The notes below the pieces were generated by a model that was not told the DNA's origin, searched no databases, and saw nothing but the letters and a program-made list of their open reading frames with translations. DNA of 64,000 nt, taken from positions 451,353 through 515,352 of the forward strand of contig CAWARX010000005.1 in the NCBI GenBank assembly GCA_963784595.1, given 5' to 3'. The stretch comes from an uncultured Actinomycetes bacterium (GTDB lineage: Bacteria > Actinomycetota > Acidimicrobiia > IMCC26256 > DASPTH01). This document shows, piece by piece, positions 1-10,802 of the stretch (positions within the stretch are counted from its first letter, which is position 1; each line of letters opens with the position of its first letter). The position numbers were made by a program, and so were the translations under genes.

Positions 1-602
1 GCCGTGAACGCGTCGAGGAACGCGCGGACCGCGTAGAACACCGCCTTGCGCTCGTCCCAGCGTCCGACCGTGTAGAAGACGACGATGTCATCGGCGACAC
101 CGAGCGGGATCCCGCCGTCGCCCGGATCCGGCTCGGTTGCCACGTGGGGCACCACCTCCACCGGTACGTGCACACCGGCATGGACGAAGACGTCGCGATT
201 CCACGTGGTCGGAACGACGACGAGGTCGGTGGAGTTCAGCAGCGCCGGCCAATGTCGGGGGAGGCGGTCGCTCTCCCACACCGTGTGCCCGACGAATGCG
301 CCCTCGGGCACCGTCGCGCGGACGAGTGGGTAGTGCTCGGGTACGAGGTGGGCGACGGTCGGCGATCCGGGCACGGCGTGCTCCTCCGACCGCTCGTCAC
401 GCGACAACGGCATGAGCGCGGGAGCCGCACCGGCCCGGGTGTCTGACCACCCGCGGTATTCGACGCGGGTGCCTGCGCCTCGCAGCGCGCGCACGAGCCG
501 GTCGGCCGCGTCGCCGTAGCCGGTGGGCGCGTCCTCCGCGACGTAGCGCAGGGTCGCACCGGCCGATTCGTTCGGCGGTAGGGTGCGCTGCGTGCGGGCC
601 AC
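1..602 (-). CDS. glycosyltransferase (GT1/GT4-like), N-terminal ~200 aa; 3' end lies beyond the window
   Basis: Own minus-strand translation from GTG at 602, the first start after an in-frame TAA: VARTQRTLPPNESAGATLRYVAEDAPTGYGDAADRLVRAL...GHTVWESDRLPRHWPALLNSTDLVVVPTTWNRDVFVHAGVHVPVEVVPH...VVFYTVGRWDERKAVFYAVRAF. It is absent from the ORF track because it has no stop inside the window. The pattern is typical of GT1-type sugar transferases. Confidence 0.65.
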   Translation of the reverse strand, partial: MARTQRTLPPNESAGATLRYVAEDAPTGYGDAADRLVRALRGAGTRVEYRGWSDTRAGAAPALMPLSRDERSEEHAVPGSPTVAHLVPEHYPLVRATVPEGAFVGHTVWESDRLPRHWPALLNSTDLVVVPTTWNRDVFVHAGVHVPVEVVPHVATEPDPGDGGIPLGVADDIVVFYTVGRWDERKAVFYAVRAFLDAFT

Positions 603-639
603 GACCGTGTCACGTTAGCGAGGAGGGGGGTCAATTGCC

Positions 640-900
640 GTGAGCGAGAAGTGCGCCGACCCCAAGCCCGGTCTCGAGGTGCACACGGTGGAAGACGGTG
701 TCGTGGTGTTCGACCCCGACGCCGACCGCGTCCACTACCTGAACTCCACTGCGACGTTCGTGTTCTCGCTCTCCAACGGGACCCGGACCTGCTCGGAGAT
801 CGCGGAGCTGGTGCGGCAGGCGTGGGGGCTCAGTGAGGCGCCCGTGGAGGAGATCCACTTGTGCATCGACCAGCTCCGGCGCGAAGGGGTCTTGCGGTAG
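640..900 (+). CDS. PqqD-family protein (RRE-type peptide-binding chaperone domain)
   Basis: ORF 640..900 (86 aa, GTG start, GAGGAGGGGGG RBS upstream). VVVFDPDADRVHYLNSTATFVFSLSNGTRTCSEIAELVRQAWGLSEAPVEEIHLCIDQLRREGVL matches the PqqD/RRE consensus (x-V-x-D-x-R-x-h-x-LN-x-TA..., G-x-x-T-x-x-EI). Confidence 0.7.
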   Translation: MSEKCADPKPGLEVHTVEDGVVVFDPDADRVHYLNSTATFVFSLSNGTRTCSEIAELVRQAWGLSEAPVEEIHLCIDQLRREGVLR

Positions 901-940
901 CACGCACCTTGAGGCTCCGACCTGCGACAATGGCACCCTC

Positions 941-1014
941 GCGCCCGTAGCTCAGCGGATCAGAGCACCGGACTTCTAATCCGACGGTCGGAGGTTCGAA
1001 TCCTCCCGGGCGCG
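941..1014 (+). tRNA. tRNA-Arg (anticodon TCT)
   Basis: Cloverleaf read by eye: acceptor GCGCCCG/CGGGCGC, D arm GCTC..GAGC, anticodon loop CTTCTAA, T arm GGAGG-TTCGAAT-CCTCC, discriminator G. CCA is not encoded. Confidence 0.9.
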
Positions 1015-1086
1015 CTCCGTACCTCCGCTCCGTACCTCGAGGTCAGAGCTTCGTTTGGCGCGGTCCGGATCGACCGGTTGGGCCGG

Positions 1087-1157
1087 AGCGGGTGAGGAGA
1101 ATCGAACTCCCGTCATCAGATTGGAAGTCTGAGGCTCTGCCATTGAGCTACACCCGC
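1087..1157 (-). tRNA. tRNA-Gly (anticodon TCC)
   Basis: The reverse complement is GCGGGTGTAGCTCAATGGCAGAGCCTCAGACTTCCAATCTGATGACGGGAGTTCGATTCTCCTCACCCGCT. Anticodon loop CTTCCAA, T loop TTCGATT. Confidence 0.9.
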
Positions 1158-1193
1158 GTGTGTTCGCCACCGTTCCTGCCGGGACGGCGGGCG

Positions 1194-1265
1194 TCGGGGA
1201 GGGGGGACTTGAACCCCCGACCTCCTGCTCCCAAAGCAGGTGCGCTACCACTGCGCTACTCCCCG
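1194..1265 (-). tRNA. tRNA-Pro (anticodon TGG)
   Basis: The reverse complement is CGGGGAGTAGCGCAGTGGTAGCGCACCTGCTTTGGGAGCAGGAGGTCGGGGGTTCAAGTCCCCCCTCCCCGA. Anticodon loop TTTGGGA, T loop TTCAAGT. Confidence 0.9.
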
Positions 1266-1319
1266 GCAGGACGCCAGGTTACGGCACCGCGCCGGGACCC
1301 GCCGTTGTACGGTGCGGCC

Positions 1320-1778
1320 ATGCAGGAGCAACGGCGCGGCCGCAAGATCGCAATGACCCCTGAGGAGCTCGACGCGTACCTCACGACCGAACGGACGTGC
1401 ACGGTCGCGACGGTGAGCCACGACGGCCCGCACGCCACCGCGCTGTGGTTCGTGTGGGACGGCGCGTGCGTGTGGCTCTACTCGATCACCCGCAGCCAGC
1501 GTTGGACCGACCTCGAGCGCGACCCGCGCGTCGCCGTGCTGGTCGAGGCGGGGGAGGAGTACTCCGAGTTGCGCGGCGTGGAGATCTCGGGTCGGGTCGA
1601 GGTCGTCGGTGAGGTGCCCCGGACCGGCGAGCCCGACGATCGTCTGGCCGAGGCCGAGCGCAGGTTCGCGGCGAAGTACCAGGGCGGGGAGACGATGTTC
1701 CACGACGGCCGACACGCGTGGTTGAAGCTCACCCCGGCGAAGATCGCGAGCTGGGACTTCACCAAGCTCGGTCTCTGA
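1320..1778 (+). CDS. pyridoxamine 5'-phosphate oxidase-family (PPOX-class, probably F420/FMN-binding) protein
   Basis: C-terminal 152 aa of ORF 1092..1778, starting at ATG 1320 (alternative ATG 1353). MTPEELDAYLTTERTCTVATVSHDGPHATALWFVWDGACVWLYSITRSQRWTDLERDPRVAVLVEAGEEYSELRGVEISGRVEVV is a typical split-barrel PPOX fold sequence. The upstream part of the ORF overlaps the tRNA genes and is spurious. Confidence 0.7.
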   Translation: MQEQRRGRKIAMTPEELDAYLTTERTCTVATVSHDGPHATALWFVWDGACVWLYSITRSQRWTDLERDPRVAVLVEAGEEYSELRGVEISGRVEVVGEVPRTGEPDDRLAEAERRFAAKYQGGETMFHDGRHAWLKLTPAKIASWDFTKLGL

Positions 1779-1822
1779 GGGTGTCGGAACGGTGGGACCC
1801 AGGCAATAGACTGCGCAGCCCC

Positions 1823-3310
1823 ATGCCACTCACCACGTCAGTCGAAGAGCTCGAAGGCAACAAGGTCCGCATCCACGTCGCGATCCCCGCCGCCGACTTC
1901 GAGCACGCCATCGACGCTGCGTTCCGCAAGCTCGCCAAGGAAGTCAAGATGCCGGGCTTTCGCCCGGGCAAGGCGCCCCGCCGCCTGCTCGAGGCCCGGA
2001 TGGGCACCGAGATCGCCCGCGACCAGGCCCTGCGTGACTCGCTGCCCGAGTACTACGCGGACGCGGTCGTCGCGGAGGACGTCGACGTGATCGCGCCGCC
2101 CGAGATCGACATCACTTCCGGTGAGGAGGAGGGCGACGTCGAGTTCGACGCCGTGGTCGAGGTCCGCCCCCGGGTGACGGTCGAGGGTCACGACGCGCTG
2201 CGCATCGAGATCGAGAAGCCGGAGGTGAGCGAGGAGACCGTCGACGAGCAGGTCGACTCGCTGCGCGAGCGCTTCGCCGACCTCGAGGACTCGGCGGCCC
2301 CGCTCACCGACGGCGACTTCGCCGAGATCGACATCAAGGGCTCGGTCGACGGCGAGTCGGTCGAAGGGCTCACCGCCACCGACTACCTCTACGAGGTCGG
2401 TTCGGCGATCGTGGTGCCGAAGCTCGATGCCGAGCTGCACGGCAAGCGTCCCGGCGACATCCTCGCGTTCGACGACACGCTGCCCGAGCGCTTCGGTGAC
2501 CGGGCAGGCGAGGAAGTCTCGTTCCAGGTGCTGGTGAAGGACGCGAAGAAGAAGGTGTTGCCCGCGCTCACCGATGCCTGGGTGGGCGAGGTCAGCGAGT
2601 TCGAGACGGTCGACGCGCTGAAGGACGACATCCGCAAGCGTCTCGACATCTACGGACGGGTCCAGGCCTCGATGGCGGTGCGGGAGAAGATCTTCGAGGC
2701 CGCGGCCGAGCTCGTGCCCGACGACGTGCCCGAGACCCTGGTGAGCAGCGAGATGGAGCGTCGCCTGCACGATCTGGCCCACCGGCTCGAGGAGCAGGGC
2801 ATCCGGATGACGATCCCCCAGTACCTCGCCGCCACCGGCCAGGACCAGCAGGAGTTCGTGGCGACCGTCCGGGCCGGCGCCGTCGAGGCCGTCCGCGCCG
2901 ACCTCGCGCTGCGGGCCGTCATCGCCCAGGAGGCGATCGCCGCCACCGACGAGGAGCTCGACGCGGAGATCGAGCAGCTCGCCGAACGGATGGAGGAGAA
3001 ACCCGCCAAGGTGCGGAAGGATCTCGAACGGCGCGGGGTTGTCGAGGCGGTACGCTCGGACATCGCACGTGGGAAGGCACTCGCGTTCCTGATCGAGCAC
3101 GCCGAGGTGGTCGACGCCGACGGTGAGCCCGTCGACCTCTCGCTCCCGCAACCCGCCGAAACCGAAAGCCCCGAACCCCCCGTCAGCAGCGAAGCCATCG
3201 CAGAGGAACCGGAAGCACCGGAAGCACCGGAACCGGAAGCACAGGAACCGGAAGCACAGGAACCGGAAGCACAGGAACCGGAAGCACAGGAACAGGAGCA
3301 AGCGCAGTGA
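1823..3310 (+). CDS. tig: trigger factor
   Basis: ORF 1718..3310, with the likely start at ATG 1823. [61 protein letters not shown] is the canonical trigger-factor N-terminus (GFRPGKAP motif). The gene is followed by clpP-clpX as in most bacteria. Confidence 0.92.
   Translation: MPLTTSVEELEGNKVRIHVAIPAADFEHAIDAAFRKLAKEVKMPGFRPGKAPRRLLEARMGTEIARDQALRDSLPEYYADAVVAEDVDVIAPPEIDITSGEEEGDVEFDAVVEVRPRVTVEGHDALRIEIEKPEVSEETVDEQVDSLRERFADLEDSAAPLTDGDFAEIDIKGSVDGESVEGLTATDYLYEVGSAIVVPKLDAELHGKRPGDILAFDDTLPERFGDRAGEEVSFQVLVKDAKKKVLPALTDAWVGEVSEFETVDALKDDIRKRLDIYGRVQASMAVREKIFEAAAELVPDDVPETLVSSEMERRLHDLAHRLEEQGIRMTIPQYLAATGQDQQEFVATVRAGAVEAVRADLALRAVIAQEAIAATDEELDAEIEQLAERMEEKPAKVRKDLERRGVVEAVRSDIARGKALAFLIEHAEVVDADGEPVDLSLPQPAETESPEPPVSSEAIAEEPEAPEAPEPEAQEPEAQEPEAQEPEAQEQEQAQ
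3207..3295. repeat. coding tandem repeat at the 3' end of tig: 15-bp unit GAACCGGAAGCACAG x4, preceded by CCGGAAGCA x2
   Basis: Direct reading of 3207-3295. It encodes [33 protein letters not shown], an acidic low-complexity tail of trigger factor. Confidence 0.8.
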
Positions 3311-3941
3311 GCGAGCCCATTCGCAACGTCTACGTCCCGAACGTCACCCAGGACACACCCGCGGCCCCGACCGCAACGACATCTTCTCCCGGCTGCTGCA
3401 GGACCGGATCATCTTCCTCGGCACGCCGATCGACGATCTCGTCGCCAACGTGGTGATCGCGCAGCTGCTCCACCTCGAGAGCGAGCAGCCCGACAAGGAC
3501 ATCTCCATCTACATCAACTCGCCGGGCGGCGAGATCACGGGGCTGTTCGCGATCTACGACACGATGCAGTTCATCAAGCCCGACGTCTCGACCATCTGCC
3601 TGGGGCAGGCGGCGTCGGCCGCGGCGGTCATCCTCGCCTCGGGGACGCCCGGCAAGCGCTACATCCTCCCGCACTCCCGGGTGCTGATCCACCAGCCCCA
3701 CGGTGGCGCCTCGGGCCAGGCGGTCGACATCGAGATCCAGGCCAAGGAGATCGTGCGGATGCGCGAATCGCTCGACGAGATCCTCGCCCACCACTCGGGC
3801 CAGGACGTCGCGAAGGTCGCGCACGACACCGACCGCGACTTCATCATGGGCGCCAACGAGGCCAAGGAATACGGCATCGTCGACGAGGTGATCACCAACC
3901 GCGATCTCGCAGCCGTCGGTGTGCCGGCGGGTGTGAGTTAG
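3307..3941 (+). pseudogene. clpP: ATP-dependent Clp protease proteolytic subunit ClpP; one frame disruption near the 5' end (probable 1-nt deletion artefact)
   Basis: The body is in the frame of ORF 3123..3941 ([20 protein letters not shown]...[42 protein letters not shown]...LIHQPHGG). That frame has no start after the tig stop. GTG 3307 (GTGA overlap with the tig stop) opens [18 protein letters not shown] in another frame. Adding one C to the CCC run at 3358-3360 joins them to ...[22 protein letters not shown], a normal ClpP N-terminus. Confidence 0.88.
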
Positions 3942-3999
3942 CCGGACGCCCGCGTCGGTCGAGTGTCGTTGATCCCGTCGTCGATCAGGAGGGGGACTC

Positions 4000-5256
4000 G
4001 TGGCCAAGTTCGGTGACGGTGGCGACCTGCTGAAGTGCTCGTTCTGCGGGAAGAGCCAGAAGCAGGTCAAGAAGCTGATCGCCGGCCCCGGCGTCTACAT
4101 CTGCGACGAGTGCATCGACCTCTGCAACGAGATCATCGAGGAGGAGCTCTCCCAGAGCTCCGAGGTGAAGTTCGACGAGCTTCCCAAGCCCCGTGAGATC
4201 TACGAGTACCTGAACGACTACGTGATCGGTCAGGAGCAGGCCAAGAAGATCCTCTCGGTCGCGGTCTACAACCACTACAAGCGCGTGCAGGCGGGCGCTT
4301 ACGGCGACCCCGACGTCGAGCTCCAGAAGTCGAACATCCTGCTGATCGGTCCCACCGGGTGCGGCAAGACGCTGCTCGCCCAGACGCTGGCGCGCCTCCT
4401 GAAGGTGCCCTTCGCCATCGCCGATGCCACCGCGCTCACCGAGGCGGGCTACGTCGGCGAAGACGTCGAGAACATCCTCCTGAAGCTCATCCAGGCCGCG
4501 GACTACGACGTCAAGAAGGCCGAGACCGGCATCATCTACATCGACGAGATCGACAAGATCGCCCGCAAGGCCGAGAACCCGTCGATCACCCGCGACGTGT
4601 CGGGCGAGGGCGTGCAGCAGGCGCTGCTGAAGATCCTCGAGGGCACGACGGCGTCGGTGCCGCCCCAGGGCGGGCGCAAGCATCCACACCAGGAATTCAT
4701 CCAGATCGACACCACCAACATCCTCTTCATCTGCGGTGGCGCCTTCGCCGGCATCGAGCGTCTCATCGAGACGCGCACCGGCAACCAGGGCATCGGGTTC
4801 GGTGCCGACGTGCGCCGCTCCGAGGAGAAGGACGTCGGCACGATCCTGCGCTCGGTCCTCCCCGAAGACCTCCTGAAGTTCGGGCTCATCCCCGAGTTCG
4901 TCGGTCGGCTCCCGGTGATCAGCGCGGTGAACAACCTCGACAAGGACGCGCTGATCCGCATCCTGGTCGAGCCGAAGAACGCGTTGCTGAAGCAGTACCA
5001 GAAGTTCTTCCACTTCGACGACGTCGAGCTGGTGTTCACCGACGACGCGCTCGAGGCGGTCGGCGACGAAGCCCTGAAGCGGGGCACCGGTGCGCGCGGG
5101 CTGCGAGCGATCCTCGAGGGCGTGCTGCTCGAGGTGATGTACGACCTGCCGAGTCGCACCGACATCAGCCGGTGTGTGATCGACCGCGCCGTCGTGATGG
5201 ACCGCGTGCATCCCACGCTCATCACCACCGACGAGGGTGAACGCCGCAGCGCGTGA
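4000..5256 (+). CDS. clpX: ATP-dependent Clp protease ATP-binding subunit ClpX
   Basis: ORF 4000..5256 (418 aa, GTG start, AGGAGGGGG RBS). It has the zinc-finger [30 protein letters not shown], Walker A GPTGCGKT, and IYIDEIDKI. Confidence 0.96.
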   Translation: MAKFGDGGDLLKCSFCGKSQKQVKKLIAGPGVYICDECIDLCNEIIEEELSQSSEVKFDELPKPREIYEYLNDYVIGQEQAKKILSVAVYNHYKRVQAGAYGDPDVELQKSNILLIGPTGCGKTLLAQTLARLLKVPFAIADATALTEAGYVGEDVENILLKLIQAADYDVKKAETGIIYIDEIDKIARKAENPSITRDVSGEGVQQALLKILEGTTASVPPQGGRKHPHQEFIQIDTTNILFICGGAFAGIERLIETRTGNQGIGFGADVRRSEEKDVGTILRSVLPEDLLKFGLIPEFVGRLPVISAVNNLDKDALIRILVEPKNALLKQYQKFFHFDDVELVFTDDALEAVGDEALKRGTGARGLRAILEGVLLEVMYDLPSRTDISRCVIDRAVVMDRVHPTLITTDEGERRSA

Positions 5257-6289
5257 ACCATCCGCCATTCGCGTGAACCCGAGCTTGCACCTGCCGCGGT
5301 TCGCGCTGCGGAGCGCCGATCTCGGTCCGCGGCTCGACCTGTTCCTCGTCTGCGCGATCGGATCCGTGCTCGGGAACCGTGTGTTCCTGATCATCACCGG
5401 GTACCCGCAGCTCGGCAACGGCACGCTGCACATCTCGCACGCGATCTGGGGCGCGCTCATGATGGTGATCGCACTCGTGTTCGCGATCTCGTTCCTCGCC
5501 CCGAACAACCGCACGTTCATCGCCTTCATCGGCGGGTGCGGCTTCGGCTGGTTCATCGACGAGCTGGGGAAGTTCATCACCCGCGACGTCAACTACTTCT
5601 TCAAGCCGACCATCGCCCTCATCTACATGACGTTCATCGCCATGTACCTCGCCTTCCGCGGGATCCAGCGCCGTTCGCTCAGCCCCGACGAGGCGGTGCT
5701 CAACGGGTTGGAAGCGTTGAAGGCCGCGGCCATCGGCGAGCTGAGCGAGCCCCACCGCCGGCGCGCGCTCTCGTTGCTCGACGACACCTCGGCCTCCGGC
5801 CCGCTCGCGCTCCAGGTCCGGGCGCTGCTCGCCGACGAATCGGGGCTCCCGGACCCCGACCCCGGCCGGATGGAGCGCGGGGGCCGCGCCGTGCGCAACT
5901 GGTACGTCGGCCTGACCCGGCGACGATGGTTCGTGCGCCTGATCACGTGGTGGTTCGTGATCATCGGCTCCGCCCAGTTGCTCACCGCGTTGCTGCTCGC
6001 CCTCGACCACAGTGGCGTGAGGGGCTTCGAGGAGTGGGCGACGGTGTTGTCGAGCGGGGTGTCGGGCGCGCTCATCGTGGTCGGTGTGGTGCGGCTCAGG
6101 CATCATCGGCTGTCGGCGTACCGGTGGTTCGAACGCGGCATGCTCGTCCAGATCTTCGTGACCCAGGTCTTCGAGTTCGCGCAAGAGCAGCTCGCGGGCG
6201 TGCTCGGCCTGGCGTTCAACATCCTCGTGTGGGTCGCGATCCGTTCGATGATCCGGGCAGAGATCGAGCGCGAGGCAGTCGCTTCGTAG
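5237..6289 (+). CDS. hypothetical integral membrane protein
   Basis: ORF 5237..6289 (350 aa) with several hydrophobic segments ([97 protein letters not shown]). No family was recognised. The start is uncertain: GTG 5237 overlaps the clpX end, and GTG 5273 is the alternative. Confidence 0.5.
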   Translation: MNAAAREPSAIRVNPSLHLPRFALRSADLGPRLDLFLVCAIGSVLGNRVFLIITGYPQLGNGTLHISHAIWGALMMVIALVFAISFLAPNNRTFIAFIGGCGFGWFIDELGKFITRDVNYFFKPTIALIYMTFIAMYLAFRGIQRRSLSPDEAVLNGLEALKAAAIGELSEPHRRRALSLLDDTSASGPLALQVRALLADESGLPDPDPGRMERGGRAVRNWYVGLTRRRWFVRLITWWFVIIGSAQLLTALLLALDHSGVRGFEEWATVLSSGVSGALIVVGVVRLRHHRLSAYRWFERGMLVQIFVTQVFEFAQEQLAGVLGLAFNILVWVAIRSMIRAEIEREAVAS

Positions 6290-6384
6290 ACTCAGGGCAT
6301 GAGTGAGCGACCGCGAGGCGGGTATCCCGGCGAGCAGCGAACGGGGCCCAGCGGCCCGGCGGCGCAGCCGCCAGGAGCGCAAGC

Positions 6385-8937
6385 ATGAGCGTCCCCGAGA
6401 AGCCGAGCCTCGACGGGCTCGAAGACAAGTGGGCGGCCCGCTGGGACGCCGATGGCACGTACACGTTCGACCGCACCAGGACGCGCGACCAGGTGTTCGC
6501 GATCGACACGCCCCCTCCCACCGTGAGCGGCTCGCTCCACGTGGGCCACGTGTTCTCCTACACCCACACCGACACCATCGCCCGTTTTCAGCGGATGCGC
6601 GGGCGTGAGGTCTTCTACCCGATGGGCTGGGACGACAACGGCGTGCCGACCGAACGGCGGGTCCAGAACTACTTCGGCGTGCGCTGCGACCCGTCGTTGC
6701 CCTACGACGCCGGGTTCGTGCCGCCCGAGAAGCCGGGGAAGCAGGAGATCCCGATCAGTCGTCAGAACTTCGTCGAGCTCTGCGACCGCCTGGTGGTGGA
6801 GGACGAGCAGAAGTTCGAGGAGCTGTGGCGCACCCTCGGCCTGTCGGTGGACTGGGCGACGACGTACACGACCATTGGTGAGCGGGCCCGGCGAGCCTCG
6901 CAGCGCGCCTTCCTCCGCATGCTGGCGCGGGACGAGGCCTACCAGTCGGAGGCCCCCACCCTCTGGGACGTCGACTTCCGCATGGCGGTGTCGCAGGCCG
7001 AGCTCGAAGACCGCGAGCTCCCCGGTGCGTACCACGGCGTGCGCTTCGGCGGCACCGACGGCGAGGCCGACATCGTGATCGAGACGACGCGGCCCGAGCT
7101 GATCCCCGCGTGCGTGGCGCTGGTCGCCCATCCCGACGACGAGCGGTACGCGCCGCGTTTCGGTCACGAGGTCACCACCCCGCTGTTCGGGGTGCGGGTG
7201 CCGGTGCGGGCCCACCCACTCGCCGATCCCGAGAAGGGTTCGGGCATCGCGATGATCTGCACCTTCGGCGACACCAGCGACGTGGTCTGGTGGCGGGAGT
7301 TGCAGCTGCCCACGCGCACCGCCATCGGACGCGACGGGCGGCTCCTGCCCGAGGCGCCGGACTGGGGTCCGGCCGCACCCGGCGCGGCCACGCGCTACGC
7401 GGAGCTGGCGGGAAAGACGGCCAAGCAGGCCCAGGCGAGGATCGTCGAGTTGCTCGCGGAGTCCGGCGATCTCGTCGGCGAGCCCAAGGCGATCACCCAC
7501 CCGGTGAAGTTCTACGAACGGGGTGACCGACCCCTCGAGATCGTGTCGTCGCGCCAGTGGTACATCCGCAACGGCGGTCGCGACCCCGAGCTGCGCGAGC
7601 AGTTCCTGGCGCGCGGCCGCGAGCTGGCCTGGCATCCCGAGCACATGCGCAGCCGCTACGAGAGCTGGGTCGAGGGACTGAACTCGGACTGGCTGATCAG
7701 CCGGCAACGCTACTTCGGTGTGCCCTTCCCGCTGTGGTACGCGCTCGACGCCGACGGCGAGGTCGACTACGCACACCCGATCGCGCCCGACGAGGCACGC
7801 CTGCCCGTCGACCCGACCAGCGACGTGCCCGCCGGCTTCACCGAGGACCAGCGGGGCAAGCCCGGCGGGTTCGTGGCCGACCCCGACGTGATGGACACGT
7901 GGGCCACGTCGTCGCTCACCCCCGAGATCGTCGGCCGGCTGGGAGGACGACCCCGACCTGTTCGCCCGGGTGTTCCCGATGGACCTGCGGCCCCAGGCCT
8001 TCGAGATCATCCGCACCTGGCTGTTCTCCACCATCGTGCGCTCGCACTTCGAGTTCGGCTGCCTCCCGTGGAGCGACGCCGCCATCTCGGGGTGGGTGCT
8101 CGACCCCGACCGGAAGAAGATGTCGAAGAGCAAGGGCAACGTGGTCACCCCCATGGAGCCCATCCGCCAATTCGGCGCCGACGCCATGCGCTACTGGGCG
8201 GCGAGCGGGCGACCGGGGGTCGACACCGCGGTCGACGAGGGTCAGATGAAGGTGGGTCGCCGGCTCGCGATCAAGATCCTCAACGCGTCGAAGTTCGCGC
8301 TCGGGGTGATGGGCGACGAGGTGCTCCCGGCGGAGGAGGTCACCGAGACGCTCGACCGTTCGATGCTCGCCAGCCTCGCGGCATTGGTCGAGCACACGAC
8401 CGCGTCGTTCGAGTCCTACGACTACGCGCGGCGCTCGACTCGACCGAGCGGTTCTTCTGGAGCTTCTGCGACGACTACCTCGAGCTGGTGAAAGGACGCG
8501 CCTACGGTGGTTCGGGGGAGGCCGGTGCGAACTCGGCGCGCGCCGCGCTGGCCACCGCGCTCGACACGCTGCTGCGGTTGTTCGCGCCCCACGTGCCGTT
8601 CGTGACCGAAGAGGTGTGGTCGTGGTGGCGCGACGGATCGGTGCACCGCTCGGAGTGGCCGTCGGGCCGCGAGCTCGGCGCGTTCGCCGATGCCGACGTC
8701 GCGGTGTACCCCGCGGCGGCGGCCGTCCTCGGTGACATCCGCAAGGCGAAGAGCACGGCCAAGCGCTCGATGCGCACCGACGTCACGCGCGCGGTGGTGC
8801 GCGCGCCCGGAGAGCAGCTGCGCGCGCTCGCGCCCGCGCTGGCCGACGTGCGCGACGCCGGCCGCATCGTGGGCGAGCCCGAACTGGTGGAGGCCGACGA
8901 GCTCGCGGTGGAAGTCACGCTCGTCGATCCCGAGTGA
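6385..8937 (+). pseudogene. valS: valine--tRNA ligase; two compensating frame disruptions (probable indel artefacts)
   Basis: ORF 6385..8937 starts [28 protein letters not shown]...[21 protein letters not shown] (HIGH region). The middle is meaningful only in the frame of ORF 7970..8491 ([18 protein letters not shown]...[10 protein letters not shown], the KMSKS motif). The switches are at ~7936 (extra base in GGCCGGC, restoring [12 protein letters not shown]) and ~8431 (missing G, restoring [26 protein letters not shown]). Confidence 0.9.
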
Positions 8938-10258
8938 TCCTCGACGCGGGCGACGCGCGCGCCTGGCTCGACGCCCACGTGAACCTCGAGACCGGGGTGG
9001 GGGTTCCCGCGCGCGGCGGGGTCGGTCACCGGCTGCTGGCGGTGGATCGGGAGCGTCCGCTCATGGAGCTGCTCGGGTCCCCGCAGCTCGAGTACCCGGC
9101 GGTGCACGTCACCGGCACCAACGGCAAGACCTCGGTGGCCCGGATGACCGCCGCCCTCCTGGAGGCGGCCGGCCTCACGATCGGCACCTACACCAGCCCT
9201 CACCTGGAGCGGGTCAACGAGCGGATGGCCCGCAACGGTGAGCCGGTCGACGACGCCACCCTCGACGACCTCCTGCTGGCGGTGGCGGCGGTGGAGGACC
9301 TGCTCCCCGACGCCCCGAGCTACTTCGAGATCCTCACCGCCGCCGCCTTCCGCTGGTTCGGTGACGTCGCCGTCGACGCCGCGGTCGTGGAGGTGGGGCT
9401 CGGGGGCAGCGGCGACGCCACCAACGTGGTCGACGCCGCGGTGGCGGTCGTCACCAACGTGAGCGTCGACCACGTCGAGTACATCGGCCCGACGGTCGAC
9501 GACATCGCCATCGAGAAGGCGGGCATCGTGAAGCCGGGTTCGGTCCTCGTGCTGGGGGAGACCGACCCCGGCGCTCGCGGAGTGCTTCCTCGCGCGCGAC
9601 GCCGCACGGGTCGTGCGGCGCGACGTCGACTTCGGCGTGCGGGCCAACCGGCTCGCGGTCGGCGGTCGCGTGCTCGACCTGTACACGCCGCTCGGCCGCG
9701 TACCGCGAGGTGTTCCTCGCGCTGCACGGTGCCCACCAGGCCGACAACGCCGCGGTCGCGCTGGCCGCCGCCGAGGCGTTCCTCGGTCGCGCGCTGGATC
9801 CCGCGATCGTCACCGACGCGTTCCTGGGCGTGCGCACGCCGGGCCGTCTCGAAGTGGTGGGTCACCAGCCGCTCGTGTTGCTCGACGGCGTGAAGAACGT
9901 CGCCGGCGCACGCGCGTTGCGCGCCGCGCTGGCCGAGGAGTTCGCGTCGTCGCCGCGCACGTTGGTCGTCGGGTTGATGCGCGAGAAGGAACCGCACGAG
10001 ATGCTCGACGCGCTCGGCGTGCTCGACGCGGCGCGGGTGGTGTGCTGTCGCCCGCAGAGCCCGCGCGGGCAGGACCCGCGGGTGGTCGCGGAGGCGGCCT
10101 GTGAGCTGGGGGTCGACCGCGCGCACGTCGACGTGATCGACGACGTCGCCGACGCGGTGCGGTCCGCGATCGCCGCCACGCCGGCCGACGGCGAGGTCGT
10201 GATCACCGGGTCGCTCTACGTCGTGAGCCCGGCCCGTGCCGTTCTCGTGCCGTCGTGA
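8934..10258 (+). pseudogene. folC: bifunctional folylpolyglutamate synthase/dihydrofolate synthase; two frame disruptions
   Basis: The gene is spread over three frames. ORF 8934..9893 gives HVTGTNGKTSVARMTAALLEAAGL...VVEVGLGGSGDATNVV...IEKAGIVKPGSVLVLGETDP. The frame of ORF 9613..10104 gives VRRDVDFGVRANRLAVGGRVLDLYTPLGR. ORF 9710..10258 gives FLALHGAHQADNAAVALAAAEAFLG...LLDGVKNVAGARAL...ITGSLYVV. The switches are at ~9568 and ~9698. The GTG start overlaps the valS stop (GTGA). Confidence 0.85.
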
Positions 10259-10295
10259 CCTTCCGCTAGCTTGACCTGCCCATGAGCGGAGAAAC

Positions 10296-10712
10296 ATGAG
10301 CACCCGCACCCTCGTCCTCTGCAAGCCCGATGCGGTCGAGCGCGGCCTGGTCGGGGAGATCGTCGGCCGGCTCGAGCGCAAGGGCCTCACCCTCGTCGCC
10401 CTGGAGCTGCGCACCATCGACGCCGATCTCGCCGGCCGCCACTACGACGAGCACCGGGAGCGTCCGTTCTTCGGCGACCTGGTGTCGTTCATCACCCGGG
10501 GCCCGTTGGTGGCCATGGTGGTCGAAGGGGGCGAAGACACCTGGAAGGTCGTTCGCGGCCTGATGGGGGTCACCAACCCCCGGGAGGCGGCTCCGGGCAC
10601 GATCCGGGGCGACCTCGCGCTCGAGACCGGTGAGAACCTCGTGCACGGCTCGGACGGTCCCGAGTCGGCCGAGCGCGAGATCGCGCTGTTCTTCCCGGAA
10701 CTCGCCTCCTGA
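10296..10712 (+). CDS. ndk: nucleoside-diphosphate kinase
   Basis: ORF 10296..10712 (138 aa). [28 protein letters not shown]...[23 protein letters not shown]...NLVHGSD contains the catalytic His motif. Confidence 0.96.
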   Translation: MSTRTLVLCKPDAVERGLVGEIVGRLERKGLTLVALELRTIDADLAGRHYDEHRERPFFGDLVSFITRGPLVAMVVEGGEDTWKVVRGLMGVTNPREAAPGTIRGDLALETGENLVHGSDGPESAEREIALFFPELAS

Positions 10713-10802
10713 CGGTCGGATTCCGGCTCCGCCCCCGACATCCCGTGGAGCGCTCCGCTAGCCTGTGGCGAACGCGAGCCCTCCCGTGGAGACTCTTTCC
10801 CT

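Noticed and set aside
1013-1040. The tandem duplication CGCTCCGTACCT-C-CGCTCCGTACCT immediately 3' of tRNA-Arg, as a possible integration (att) scar.
   Set aside because: The repeat does not duplicate the tRNA 3' end, and no integrase or foreign genes are adjacent.
1092-1319. An N-terminal extension of ORF 1092..1778 that would add 76 aa to the PPOX-family protein.
   Set aside because: The extension is the reverse strand of the tRNA-Gly and tRNA-Pro genes. The conserved PPOX sequence starts only after ATG 1320.
1838-3301. Long antisense ORFs opposite clearly conserved genes. Examples are 1838..3301 opposite tig, 3985..5592 opposite clpX, 6292..8187 opposite valS, 13260..15080 opposite mrdA, 31847..34204, 39733..41877 and 50291..52927.
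   Set aside because: Their translations are Arg/Ala/Gly/Pro-rich with no recognisable motifs. The opposite strand encodes strongly conserved proteins. Such shadow ORFs are expected at ~70% GC.
3355-3362. Programmed ribosomal frameshift at the clpP 5' end, and likewise in the other disrupted genes.
   Set aside because: No slippery heptamer or stimulatory structure is present. The same type of +1/-1 change occurs about 29 times across unrelated genes, so an artefact is the parsimonious explanation.
10262-10273. The shared 12-mer TCCGCTAGC(T/C)TG upstream of both ndk (10262) and mreB (10753), as a possible common operator.
   Set aside because: An 11-12 nt match between two sites is expected by chance many times in 64 kb. 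There is no dyad symmetry beyond GCTAGC.
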